64,000 nt of DNA from Candidatus Poribacteria bacterium. Lineage in GTDB: Bacteria > Poribacteria > WGA-4E > WGA-3G. The position numbers were made by a program, and so were the translations under genes. Below the pieces are notes generated by a model. It searched no databases, was not told where the DNA came from, and saw nothing but the letters and a program-made list of their open reading frames with translations. Of the stretch, positions 9,810 to 18,796 are shown one piece after another. Location of the stretch: assembly GCA_026710795.1 (NCBI GenBank), contig JAPOQK010000037.1:37514-101513 (forward strand). The letters are read 5' to 3'. Position 1 is the first letter of the stretch, and the number at the start of each line of letters is the position of its first letter.

Positions 9810-10247
9810 ATGCAGTTATCCGCTAAATTGAAATATGCAGTTTGTGCAATGTTGGAACTCGGTTTACAATATCACAAACAATTTGTTTCTGTTACTGTGT
9901 TGTCAGAAAAACGCAGTATTCCTGGACCGTATTTGGAGAAACTTCTATTACAACTCAAACACGCTGGTTTAACTACAAGTCGACGAGGACCTGATGGTGG
10001 ATATAGTCTCGCACTACCTCCAGATCAAATACGGATAGGTGATATATTCGCAGCGGTGGCAGGTCCAGTTAATTTCACAGAAGGTTTTGAATCACAGGAA
10101 TCATCTGAAATAGGTGACTTTTTTGCTGAGATTGAGGAAGAGGTATGTAAAGTTTTGAACACAAAGACATTACATGAACTTTGTTGTCATGCACGGAAAA
10201 TCAATCAATTGTCAGCACCAACACATTCACATCCGTTTTCTATATGA
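9810..10247 (+). CDS. Rrf2-family transcriptional regulator (CymR-like, no Cys-x5-Cys-x5-Cys cluster ligands)
   Basis: It has the N-terminal HTH (MQLSAKLKYAVCAMLELG ... RRGPDGGYSLA). Its stop TGA overlaps the cysteine synthase start (ATGA). Confidence 0.8.
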   Translation: MQLSAKLKYAVCAMLELGLQYHKQFVSVTVLSEKRSIPGPYLEKLLLQLKHAGLTTSRRGPDGGYSLALPPDQIRIGDIFAAVAGPVNFTEGFESQESSEIGDFFAEIEEEVCKVLNTKTLHELCCHARKINQLSAPTHSHPFSI

Positions 10248-11194
10248 AACTCGCTAAAAATCTGACAAAACTCATCGGGAATACTCCGATGGTTCGACTA
10301 AATGCACTGCCGAATAAGGAAGATGCAACAATATATGCAAAGTTGGAATCCTATAATCCAGGTGGTAGCATAAAAGATCGTATCAGTTACGGCATGGTTG
10401 TAGATGCTGAAAAACGCGGCATTCTAAAACCAGGTGATACTATAGTTGAACCAACAGCAGGAAACACAGGTATAGGTCTCTCTATTGTCGGTGTGGCACG
10501 AGGTTATCATGTAATTTTAACCATGCCGGAGTATGTGAGTAGTGAAAAATATGCACTTCTTTCCGCTTTTGGGGCAGATATTGTATTAACACCAGAACAC
10601 GGAGGAATGGCAAGTGCAATTTGGGAAGCAGAGGAAATCATACGACGCAATTCACGACATTATATGCCTAACCAATTTGCGAATCCTGCAAACCCTCAGA
10701 TACATAGACAGACCACTGCAATTGAAATCTTGAAATCCGTAGGAAGTAATATAGATTATCTTGTTATAGGTGTAGGCACAGGTGGCACCTTAACAGGTGT
10801 TGGTGAAGTGATTAAGTCTCACAATCCGAAAACCAAAATTGTGGCTGTTGAACCACTGGTTTCATCGGTGTTATCAGGTGGAATGCCAGGACCAACACGC
10901 ATCGACGGACTCGGTGCAGGTATGGTCCCTGAAGTCTTGAATGTAGATATTATAGATGATGTAATTCCAGTTTCAGAAGAGACGGCTTACGAGATGATGA
11001 AAGAAATATCCAAAAAAGAGGGGTTGTTAGTAGGAATGTCTTCTGGAGCAAATGTGTATGCATCATTACAAGTCGCACAAGGTATTGGTCCAGAAAAGAC
11101 TGTGGTAACAATATTACCGGACACTGGTGAACGTTACTTTAGTTTGAGCAGGTATTTTGAACTTGAGACAGGTATAATGGAAACTATATCATAA
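10244..11194 (+). CDS. Cysteine synthase (CysK/CysM family, PLP-dependent)
   Basis: From the ATG at 10244 it reads MKLAKNLTKLIGNTPMVRLN...SYNPGGSIKDRI...TAGNTGIGL...GVGTGGTLTGVG, the classical OASS motifs. The 6-frame ORF from 10181 is an upstream run-in. Confidence 0.85.
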   Translation: MKLAKNLTKLIGNTPMVRLNALPNKEDATIYAKLESYNPGGSIKDRISYGMVVDAEKRGILKPGDTIVEPTAGNTGIGLSIVGVARGYHVILTMPEYVSSEKYALLSAFGADIVLTPEHGGMASAIWEAEEIIRRNSRHYMPNQFANPANPQIHRQTTAIEILKSVGSNIDYLVIGVGTGGTLTGVGEVIKSHNPKTKIVAVEPLVSSVLSGGMPGPTRIDGLGAGMVPEVLNVDIIDDVIPVSEETAYEMMKEISKKEGLLVGMSSGANVYASLQVAQGIGPEKTVVTILPDTGERYFSLSRYFELETGIMETIS

Positions 11195-11221
11195 AGAGAG
11201 TAACAGTAGGTATTTTTCGGT

Positions 11222-11980
11222 ATGACATGTCAAATTCAGAGTGCTTCAATTATGGAATTGAAGCAGCAGTTAAGTTTAACAGAAAACCCACAGGACGTTC
11301 TTTTTACTCTCTTTAAGAGGTTTAAAGATCGCGCAGCAATTGTTACAAGTGGTCAGTTGACCGGTATGGTCCAGATACATCTCGCAGCAGAAAACAAGGT
11401 GCCATTCAGGGTGTGTACAGTAGACACACTCCGACTATTCCCAGAAACCTATACTTTTTTTGAAAAAGTTGAAGAACGATATGGAATTGAAATTGAACGT
11501 ATTCAACCAGACATGTCTGAAGTTGATAAAATGGTTTCAGAACACGGGGAACACCTGTTTTTTGACAGCAGGACAAAACAAGAATTTTGTTGTGATATAC
11601 GAAAAATAAGACCTATGGAACGACTTTTAGATACATTGGATATTTGGATCACTGGCACGAGAAGAGATCAATCCGAAACCCGACAAAATTTCCAGAAAGT
11701 AGAAACAATTTCATCTAAACCCCATCCGGTACTCAAAGTAAGTCCATTGATATATTGGACAACTGAACAGGTGTGGGAATTTGTCCTTGAAAATGAAGTA
11801 CCTGTCAATCCCCTTTTTCTACCAAATGAAAATGGGCACTACTTCGATTCACTCGGGTGTATGACCTGTACAACACGGATTCGTCCTGGTGAGTCAAAAC
11901 GTGCTGGTCGATGGCGGTGGCAAAATACAACAGATACTGATCAAAACAACAAAGAGTGTGGATTGCACTACGCTATTTGA
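11222..11980 (+). CDS. cysH: Iron-sulfur APS/PAPS reductase (CysH family)
   Basis: It has LFPETYTFFEKVEERYG, then the Cys-Cys pair (EFCCDIRKIRPMER), then CMTC, and ends KECGLH like E. coli CysH. Confidence 0.75.
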   Translation: MTCQIQSASIMELKQQLSLTENPQDVLFTLFKRFKDRAAIVTSGQLTGMVQIHLAAENKVPFRVCTVDTLRLFPETYTFFEKVEERYGIEIERIQPDMSEVDKMVSEHGEHLFFDSRTKQEFCCDIRKIRPMERLLDTLDIWITGTRRDQSETRQNFQKVETISSKPHPVLKVSPLIYWTTEQVWEFVLENEVPVNPLFLPNENGHYFDSLGCMTCTTRIRPGESKRAGRWRWQNTTDTDQNNKECGLHYAI

Positions 11981-12073
11981 TTTCAGAACACATCAGCAGA
12001 TTTACATATCCGCAATTTGGATATTCAAACTATATTATGTTATCATAACACTGTCCTGATAAAGGAGGAAAAT

Positions 12074-12361
12074 ATGGCTGTAACAGTTCGTATACCGACC
12101 CCGTTGAGACGCTTGACACAGAATCTCGCGGAGGTTGAAACTGAAGGCACAGATATTGAAACTATCATTGAAAATCTGGAATCTGACTATCCAGGGATGA
12201 AAGAACGTCTCTGCGATGATGAAGGAAAAATACGACGTTTTGTAAACATTTATCTTAACGACGAAGATATCCGTTTTCTTGATGGAAAAGAAACAGCAGT
12301 TACAGATGGTGCTGAAATATCTATAATTCCTGCCATTGCAGGTGGTTTACCCCTTTCCTAA
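12074..12361 (+). CDS. MoaD/ThiS/CysO-like ubiquitin-fold sulfur-carrier protein with a 4-residue tail after the Gly-Gly
   Basis: From the start MAVTVRIPTPLRR (AAAGGAGG RBS 8 nt upstream) it reads ...GAEISIIPAIAGG-LPLS*. The beta-grasp carrier ends in GG followed by LPLS. Confidence 0.65.
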   Translation: MAVTVRIPTPLRRLTQNLAEVETEGTDIETIIENLESDYPGMKERLCDDEGKIRRFVNIYLNDEDIRFLDGKETAVTDGAEISIIPAIAGGLPLS

Positions 12362-12374
12362 TATCAATGTCTTA

Positions 12375-12407
12375 GCATACAGGCAGATACTATATCCGCC
12401 TGTATGC
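12375..12407 (+). promoter_or_regulatory. Perfect 10 bp stem hairpin (GCATACAGGC-N13-GCCTGTATGC) occluding the JAMM gene start codon
   Basis: The 3' arm at 12398-12407 contains the ATG at 12404-12406 of the downstream JAMM ORF. No U-tract follows. Confidence 0.35.
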
Positions 12408-12907
12408 GATACACACCGATAGTCACTCACGATTTAATGTTAACGCTACTACCGAAAACTTTGAATGAGATCTGTGAACATGCCAAGGCAGAATTTCCCG
12501 AAGAATGCTGCGGTGTAATATTATATGCCGAACAGAAGGAATTTGTCAGACCTTGTCGTAATATCCAAAATGAGATGCATAATGCTGAGCCAGAAACATA
12601 TCCACGGGATGCCCGAACAGCCTACTTAATGCATCCCGATGACCTGATTGCAATACACAAAGAGGCAGAAACACAACATCGTCCAATTAAAGCATTTTAT
12701 CATTCTCATCCAAACCATGAAGTGTATTTTTCAGAAAAAGATAAATCAGATGCAATGATATGGGGTGAACCCGCATATCCAGGGGTTGCATACCTCGTTA
12801 TCTCAATAATTGACAATACAATTAGAATAATCAAAGCTTTTGCATGGGACGAAACAAATTCAGATTTTATTGAAGTACCAATACAGACACACCATCAGGA
12901 GCAATAA
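12404..12907 (+). CDS. JAMM/MPN+ metalloprotease (Mec+-like)
   Basis: It has E..CG (EECCGVIL) and the JAMM motif HSHPNHEVYFSEKD (H-S-H-x7-S-x2-D). Confidence 0.8.
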   Translation: MRYTPIVTHDLMLTLLPKTLNEICEHAKAEFPEECCGVILYAEQKEFVRPCRNIQNEMHNAEPETYPRDARTAYLMHPDDLIAIHKEAETQHRPIKAFYHSHPNHEVYFSEKDKSDAMIWGEPAYPGVAYLVISIIDNTIRIIKAFAWDETNSDFIEVPIQTHHQEQ

Positions 12908-12909
12908 AG

Positions 12910-13149
12910 ATGACTGCATTAAAGGTTCGTCTAACTTTTCCTCCAGAAAAAATAAAAGAACCAATAATATACAATATCGGACAACAATTTGGCGTGATTA
13001 CCAATATCAGACGGGCAAATGTGACAGAGGAATCAGGATGGGTGATGTTAGAAATGCAAGGTAAGTCTGAACAAATTGAACGCGCTATAGATTACCTAAA
13101 AAATATCAAAGTCCAAATTGAGCCTGTTGAAGGTGATGTTGTCCAGTAA
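12910..13149 (+). CDS. NIL-domain small protein (MetN C-terminal-like ferredoxin-fold domain)
   Basis: The 79 aa ORF has VITNI..A.V...G.VMLEMQG..EQIERAIDYLKNIKVQIE, which resembles the NIL/ACT-like domain. It starts 3 nt after the JAMM stop. Confidence 0.5.
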   Translation: MTALKVRLTFPPEKIKEPIIYNIGQQFGVITNIRRANVTEESGWVMLEMQGKSEQIERAIDYLKNIKVQIEPVEGDVVQ

Positions 13150-13199
13150 GAATCTGTTCCTTAACATTCTGAACGCCATTTGCTTAACAATAAGAGCCA

Positions 13200-15539
13200 T
13201 TGATGCGAATCCTGCAAACAGGACTATTCCGTACTCTCCAAAGATTTCTACCAGACTTTAATATCAGTTTCAGTGTTCACCTCCGTCCATACATACGCAT
13301 TATTACAATCTCCGCATTTTCACTCGCAATAGGATTAGGAGTCACACTACGGAATTATCTTGTATTTGAATTCCATGACACATCGGGAGTTGTTGGTTGG
13401 ATAAGTGTTAATCAATATCCAAAACAACAGGAATTTTTCTACTACATTCTTGCGCTGGTTGGAATTCCAATCCTCATTTGGATTTACTGGTTCATCTGGT
13501 TAACTTATTCAAATTGGGCTGCAAAGGCAACGAATCAACCGATCCACCGTGTCCTAAAATATAATGCACTCGCTTCAATTCCGTTGTGGTTATGTTGGTT
13601 GCAGGTTTATTACTATGATCAGGCTGGAATTACCGGCTTAGTCCTTCCTATCGGGTTAACTCTATCTCTTGAATTCGTCTTACTGTTGCATTGGCACTAC
13701 TCTCAACGATTCCAGCCGAAAACTGTAAAACGCGATACAGTCAATGTAGAACCCGTGACACTTCAAAGTGGGATAATACCTCAAAAACCAAAAGGAGTTA
13801 GGATATTATTCTGTGTGTGTCAATACGTCCTGATACCGATTATTATATACCTACTCGTATATAATGGAAATATTGATCGCGGTATTGATATGTTCCATGA
13901 AGGTGAACGTCTCGCTCCACTAAATGAGATGTTACATGGTGGTGTAGTATTCCGTGATGTTTATGTGCAACATGGAATGTTTCAAAATGCTTATTTGGCA
14001 TGGTTCGGTAATAAGATATTTGAACCTACTTTAGCGGGTGTACGCTCTATGGAGCGTGTCTTGTCACCACTTGGCTATATTGCCATATATCTTCTTGGCT
14101 TACAAGTATTTCGTGGACGATTCCTAACAGCATTTGTATGTTTCCTGATAGTATCTGGAAGTAACTTTTCAGTTTCTCCAAGACATTCTCTCGGCTTACT
14201 TAGTTTTGTTTTCATCGCAAATTATCTAACTTACAACCGAGAGAAAGGATTATTCATTCCTTGGCAACGCAATCTATCTGAAAAACCTACTTGGATCATG
14301 CATCTTGTTAGGTTCGGCTGGAAACTTATTTTGGCTGGATTCTTCACAAGTTTAGCATTTTGGTATAGTACAGAAGTTGGTTTGTATACGCTCGGTGCAA
14401 TAGGTCTATTTCTGACGATATATAGTCTACAACGTAGGATACAACTTCACCTACGACCATTACCGCTAATAGCGTATTGTAGTGGAATTCTATTAGGATT
14501 TCTTCCAGTTGCAATCTATTTCTTAACACACGGTGCATTGGACGATATGATATGGAACTCCTACATACAGTGTAAATACCAGATTGCGACGTGGGGACTA
14601 AAATTTCCATCACTGTCAAGTACAATTGCGATCATATCAGAGAATGGGTGGAGAGATTTTTTACTCAGTACAGGATTTCGATGGTATCTTCCAATATTTG
14701 TATACATGTGTACTGCAGCATATCTAACATACCTGCGGTTATGTAGGAGTAGTGTTTCCGCAGATGATGCGTTGAAACTACTGCTGTTGTTTCTCGGTGG
14801 TATTGCCTATTTCCGTACTGCCCTCGGCAGATCAGACGGAGGTCATTTACATTTCGGTTCAACCTTTTTATGGCTTATCTGTTTGTTCCCAATAGACAGA
14901 GGTATATCGGGTATTCTTAACCTATTCAGGATAGGTGAGATAGGGGAAGGTATACGTAATCGTTTTTCTATACTAAAAGACAAGGCACGATGGCGGAGTG
15001 CTATGAAAGCTGCATGGATACTAATTCCAATTGCTGTATGTGTCTGGTATGTTGGTGAAATTCATCACCCATTGGAAGGTTTACGTAACAAATGGAAACA
15101 GATGCGTGCAAACCAGTTTAAACCACGTAATGCCTCTGTGGAATTGGAACGTGCTGGAAAGGTTGATATACCTGATGGTCAGGTTGAGCAGATTCAGAAG
15201 GTTGTGGCTTTTATTCAGGAAAATACTGATACAGAGGAAAAGATATTCGACTTTACAAGTCAGGGAGCATATTACTTCTTTGCTAATCGACCAAGTGTTA
15301 CCCGTTTTCACATGGTATCGTATGCATCAACTCCAGGAATGCAGCATGAGGTTATCGCTGACCTCAAAAAGGATCAAACACGATTAGTGATCTTTAAAAC
15401 TGGGGGTTGGTTTGATAGGGTTGACGGTATTCCTGTTGAGGAGCGGCATCCACTTATAGCGAAATACTTAAAGGAAAACTACGAACTTGCTATTGATATT
15501 AACAATACAGAGATTTTGTTCCGAAAAAATTTGCGTTGA
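13200..15539 (+). CDS. Large polytopic membrane protein with a C-terminal soluble domain (GT-C-like architecture, unknown function)
   Basis: The 779 aa protein has more than 12 hydrophobic helices across the first roughly 550 aa, then a roughly 200 aa hydrophilic C-terminus. I recognise no diagnostic motif. Confidence 0.5.
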   Translation: MMRILQTGLFRTLQRFLPDFNISFSVHLRPYIRIITISAFSLAIGLGVTLRNYLVFEFHDTSGVVGWISVNQYPKQQEFFYYILALVGIPILIWIYWFIWLTYSNWAAKATNQPIHRVLKYNALASIPLWLCWLQVYYYDQAGITGLVLPIGLTLSLEFVLLLHWHYSQRFQPKTVKRDTVNVEPVTLQSGIIPQKPKGVRILFCVCQYVLIPIIIYLLVYNGNIDRGIDMFHEGERLAPLNEMLHGGVVFRDVYVQHGMFQNAYLAWFGNKIFEPTLAGVRSMERVLSPLGYIAIYLLGLQVFRGRFLTAFVCFLIVSGSNFSVSPRHSLGLLSFVFIANYLTYNREKGLFIPWQRNLSEKPTWIMHLVRFGWKLILAGFFTSLAFWYSTEVGLYTLGAIGLFLTIYSLQRRIQLHLRPLPLIAYCSGILLGFLPVAIYFLTHGALDDMIWNSYIQCKYQIATWGLKFPSLSSTIAIISENGWRDFLLSTGFRWYLPIFVYMCTAAYLTYLRLCRSSVSADDALKLLLLFLGGIAYFRTALGRSDGGHLHFGSTFLWLICLFPIDRGISGILNLFRIGEIGEGIRNRFSILKDKARWRSAMKAAWILIPIAVCVWYVGEIHHPLEGLRNKWKQMRANQFKPRNASVELERAGKVDIPDGQVEQIQKVVAFIQENTDTEEKIFDFTSQGAYYFFANRPSVTRFHMVSYASTPGMQHEVIADLKKDQTRLVIFKTGGWFDRVDGIPVEERHPLIAKYLKENYELAIDINNTEILFRKNLR

Positions 15540-15579
15540 TTGAGATTGTCAGATAAGATAATCAAGGTTGGTTCTAATA

Positions 15580-16656
15580 CTATTTCTTCATACTTTCTTG
15601 TTGATCAACAAAAATGCGATAGATTTCCTCAAACAGCCTCACATCGGTAAGTGTATCTTCAGCAGATGAACGAAACGGTTCAGGATTGTGTAGGTTTCTT
15701 ATAAAGTATTCTGCTTCTCTGTGATATGCCCATGTCCAAGAAGGTCTGGGAATCGGACGTGTAATCTCCTGCTCCTCACCTGCTCGGTATATTTCTACCT
15801 CAGCTGGGGTGTTTTTCAACAATAGCGGTGGTGCCCACGTATGAACCCATCCGTGCTGAAAATAGATTTGCGAATGCTCATCCCAACGGTAATGCGAAAC
15901 ATGACCGGTTTCCAATGTAACTCTTATTCCATTCATATCAAAAATAACCACGCCAGTATAACCGTTATCATTTAAGTCTACTACTTTGACGGTAACATTG
16001 TCTCCAGCATCAAGAAACCATCGCATTAGATTGACATTGTGTGTATATTGCTGAAGGTATCCGATGTATTTCCCCCAATATTCTTCTGGAAGCCACTCAG
16101 GAAATTTCTGTGGGGCACTCGGTTTGGGTTCTTCTGTGCTGTCCATTGGAGTATCGAGATTACACACCCAATCACCACCGAAAGCATGATTACGAGCATA
16201 GGTCAAACGTCCGAGTTCGTCTGTCTTTCGGAATTGTGTGAGTTTCTCCTTTACAATCTCGTTGCCTGCATCGTATCGTTTCATATATCCTATCATCAGT
16301 TTTTTTCCTGATTTTTGCGATGCATCAACGATCACTTGTGCCTGTTCAACAGAGACAGCCATCGGTTTTTCCATGAAAACATGTTTACCTGCAAGCAGTA
16401 GGTCTTTTGCTATTTCACCTTGCAATGCAAAATCTGCGGACACTGCCACTGCTTCAATATCGGTATTTTTGGCAAGTTCAATATGGTCTTTGTAAAGATG
16501 GGGAATTCCAAATCTTTTTTGGACTTTTTCACCGAGTTCAGTTCGCACCTCTGCGAGTCCAACTATTTCACACTCTGGGATACTTGCAAAATTGGGTATA
16601 TGGACTTTCTGTGCCATAAATCCACAACCAATGTAACCAATTTTTATCTTTTCCAC
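15580..16656 (-). CDS. Gfo/Idh/MocA-family NAD(P)-dependent oxidoreductase
   Basis: It has the N-terminal Rossmann motif KIGYIGCGFMAQKVHIPNF...EKP. Confidence 0.85.
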   Translation of the reverse strand: MEKIKIGYIGCGFMAQKVHIPNFASIPECEIVGLAEVRTELGEKVQKRFGIPHLYKDHIELAKNTDIEAVAVSADFALQGEIAKDLLLAGKHVFMEKPMAVSVEQAQVIVDASQKSGKKLMIGYMKRYDAGNEIVKEKLTQFRKTDELGRLTYARNHAFGGDWVCNLDTPMDSTEEPKPSAPQKFPEWLPEEYWGKYIGYLQQYTHNVNLMRWFLDAGDNVTVKVVDLNDNGYTGVVIFDMNGIRVTLETGHVSHYRWDEHSQIYFQHGWVHTWAPPLLLKNTPAEVEIYRAGEEQEITRPIPRPSWTWAYHREAEYFIRNLHNPEPFRSSAEDTLTDVRLFEEIYRIFVDQQESMKK

Positions 16657-16669
16657 TATAAAGATCTCC

Positions 16670-17101
16670 TTAACCCACTGGTGATTCTATCTGTTCTACA
16701 GCAGTTTGTGCACCTTGTCGGACGAGTGCTGACGTGTCGTTTTGAGCAAGATATTTAAGTTTGTTAAGACTCGGTTTTGCTGCAAGTCTGCCAAGTGCAA
16801 CAGCAACGAAGTATCGGACATCAGCATCCTCATCCTCAAGTGCCTCAAGCAATGCTTCTGTGTCAGATGGAGTGGCAAGATGACGATCCAAATCTCCTAT
16901 ATTAATTAACGACTGCGCAGCAATACGGCGTGCATGAATATCACCATGGCGAAGTGACGCAAGTAGTTCGTCATTCCCATTCGTTATCTCAGATAAGTTG
17001 TCCCAATCGCAATCTAAACAAAACCATGATTTTTCATCCAACTGCTGAAGGTTGGTATTGCTACATTTGGGACAAGTTCCGCTCTTTTTTTGCTGCATCA
17101 T
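16670..17101 (-). CDS. Zn-ribbon plus HEAT (PBS-lyase-type) repeat protein
   Basis: It has CPKC...CLDC at the N-terminus, then repeats of the ..ARRIAAQSLINIGD.. / DVRYFVAVALGRLA type. Confidence 0.55.
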   Translation of the reverse strand: MMQQKKSGTCPKCSNTNLQQLDEKSWFCLDCDWDNLSEITNGNDELLASLRHGDIHARRIAAQSLINIGDLDRHLATPSDTEALLEALEDEDADVRYFVAVALGRLAAKPSLNKLKYLAQNDTSALVRQGAQTAVEQIESPVG

Positions 17102-17484
17102 GAGGTATTGATATCCTCCAATTCAGGCAAATCTCTCCAAATTTCTGGACCTTCCGGTTTGAAATTAATTGTTGCAATGAACTGCATGCCGTGGTAGAAG
17201 TTAATTTTGAACTTTCCTCCACCATAATTCTGTTTGAGGTAATCCAATGGTGCTTTAATTAGAGGTCCCATTTCGTCTGCATAATAGAAAGCAAGCGGTT
17301 TGAACCTTACTGTGTTGCCCACAGGTTCTTGTACTAAAAGTTGAGCGGATGTAGCGGGAAACAGTACTTGGAAAGCATCCCATAAGTCAGCGACAGTTGG
17401 GTTTGATTTCCCGATTCGCTTTTTAAAATCGTTTTCAAGATATTCAGAGAATGTGTTAAAAACCCAGTCCATAGTTATATCCAA
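17098..17484 (-). CDS. Hypothetical protein
   Basis: The 128 aa ORF is translationally coupled (ATGA) to the HEAT gene. No motif is recognised. Confidence 0.45.
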   Translation of the reverse strand: MDITMDWVFNTFSEYLENDFKKRIGKSNPTVADLWDAFQVLFPATSAQLLVQEPVGNTVRFKPLAFYYADEMGPLIKAPLDYLKQNYGGGKFKINFYHGMQFIATINFKPEGPEIWRDLPELEDINTS

Positions 17485-17581
17485 TCAACATAAAACGAAA
17501 GAATCATTATAATCCAGGAGCCTTCAAGAAGTCCTTCCAATCAAAATTCGGCAGAGGGAACTCCTCTGTGGCTTTACATTG

Positions 17582-17995
17582 TCAGAACGTTGCAGCTTGT
17601 TCAAAGAACTCAATATCCACACGTTCAACTTGTGCGGAACGTGCATTCTCTGCTACACGTTGGACAACCATCTCCCGCACAAATGGTATTGGAATACGTT
17701 TTACACGATGTACTACTTCGTCTGTGCAAGGTACATTTGTGTTATCAAGGTACGGTCCATCAAGTAGTTCTGCTTCTGCAGGATGGTCACATGTTTCCGG
17801 TACAAGTTGTTGTAACCGCATTGACACGTAATCTGTCACCCACTGTTGTATTTTTTCTGTGCCATCAGTCTCGGTAGCACTCACTTGTTGCGTCTGTGCC
17901 AACTTCTCATCAATGCTTGTAAGCAAACTTTCCAAACGTGCTAAACGGTCTTCCACATTTGTTAGTCGTTCTTGTGCGTTTATTTGATCGCTCAT
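17582..17995 (-). CDS. Coiled-coil protein with a C-terminal PCP_red-like module
   Basis: The C-terminus VVHRVKRIPIPFVREMVVQRVAENARSAQVERVDIEFFEQA matches the W/x-x-E-A..L..IP.FVR.....E.A...G...I module seen in ChlB/BchB C-termini (PF08369). Confidence 0.5.
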   Translation of the reverse strand: MSDQINAQERLTNVEDRLARLESLLTSIDEKLAQTQQVSATETDGTEKIQQWVTDYVSMRLQQLVPETCDHPAEAELLDGPYLDNTNVPCTDEVVHRVKRIPIPFVREMVVQRVAENARSAQVERVDIEFFEQAATF

Positions 17996-18004
17996 GTTTC
18001 CTCC

Positions 18005-18730
18005 TCAAATTGACCAATATTTCCATAGGTCTTCTGGAATTTCGTATCTAATCTCTTCACGACGTTTGTGATGATAACGTGCGAATAATCCGATGCGAGG
18101 TATGTCTCTTATATTTCCTGAACCTGTATGACACAAATAAGCATGCCATAGTACGACATCCCCAGCAGACGCAATAAATTCTCTGGGTCCCTCAGGTGAT
18201 AAATCTGAAAATACATGCCATCCCCAACCCTCAATCTCTGTAAAACTTCCATCTACTTGTTTTGGATGTTTCAGGAAGTATTTATGTGTTGTCTTATGAC
18301 TTTGGGGCCAATATACGAATGCCCCACCACCGGGTTCAACATCGTATACATAAGTTGTTGCCCCCATCAAAAACGGACTCCATCCGCCGGGACCATAAGC
18401 ATCAATGTGTCCACTACCCGGCAACTTCCATTCCTCATCCGGTTTTGGCCATCTAACAAGGGGTGAACCGCCGCCACCTACAAACTGACCACCACCTAAT
18501 TGATCAATAATCTCTTGCATCGCAGGTAATTGTCCGAACTGAGGTGAGAAACCGAAGTTTTGCACAACATACTCATTTGGCCAGGTCTCTGGCGTATTCA
18601 GACTGGAATTGAAATGTTTCCAGATCTGTTCCCGCCATCCATCAATTGTATCTGAATCAATAAGGTTTTCAAGTATTAGGTATCCATTTTCTTGAAAAAA
18701 ATCTACCTGTTTTGCTGTTAGCATATACAA
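18005..18730 (-). CDS. Phytanoyl-CoA dioxygenase (PhyH)-family Fe(II)/2OG oxygenase
   Basis: It has LTAKQVDFFQENGYLILENLI..., HIDAYG and WHAYLCHTGSGN, the PhyH-like pattern. Confidence 0.65.
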   Translation of the reverse strand: MYMLTAKQVDFFQENGYLILENLIDSDTIDGWREQIWKHFNSSLNTPETWPNEYVVQNFGFSPQFGQLPAMQEIIDQLGGGQFVGGGGSPLVRWPKPDEEWKLPGSGHIDAYGPGGWSPFLMGATTYVYDVEPGGGAFVYWPQSHKTTHKYFLKHPKQVDGSFTEIEGWGWHVFSDLSPEGPREFIASAGDVVLWHAYLCHTGSGNIRDIPRIGLFARYHHKRREEIRYEIPEDLWKYWSI

Positions 18731-18796
18731 GTTTCCTCAATTGTTTTGTGTTAAGAAAATCAGACTTACAAATCCTTCTACAGAAGATACACAGTT

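Noticed and set aside
10181-10243. Longer N-terminal extensions of the cysteine synthase (from 10181) and the CysO-like carrier (from 12017)
   Set aside because: The internal ATGs have proper RBS or ATGA coupling and match family N-termini. The upstream parts overlap the preceding gene or a non-coding spacer.
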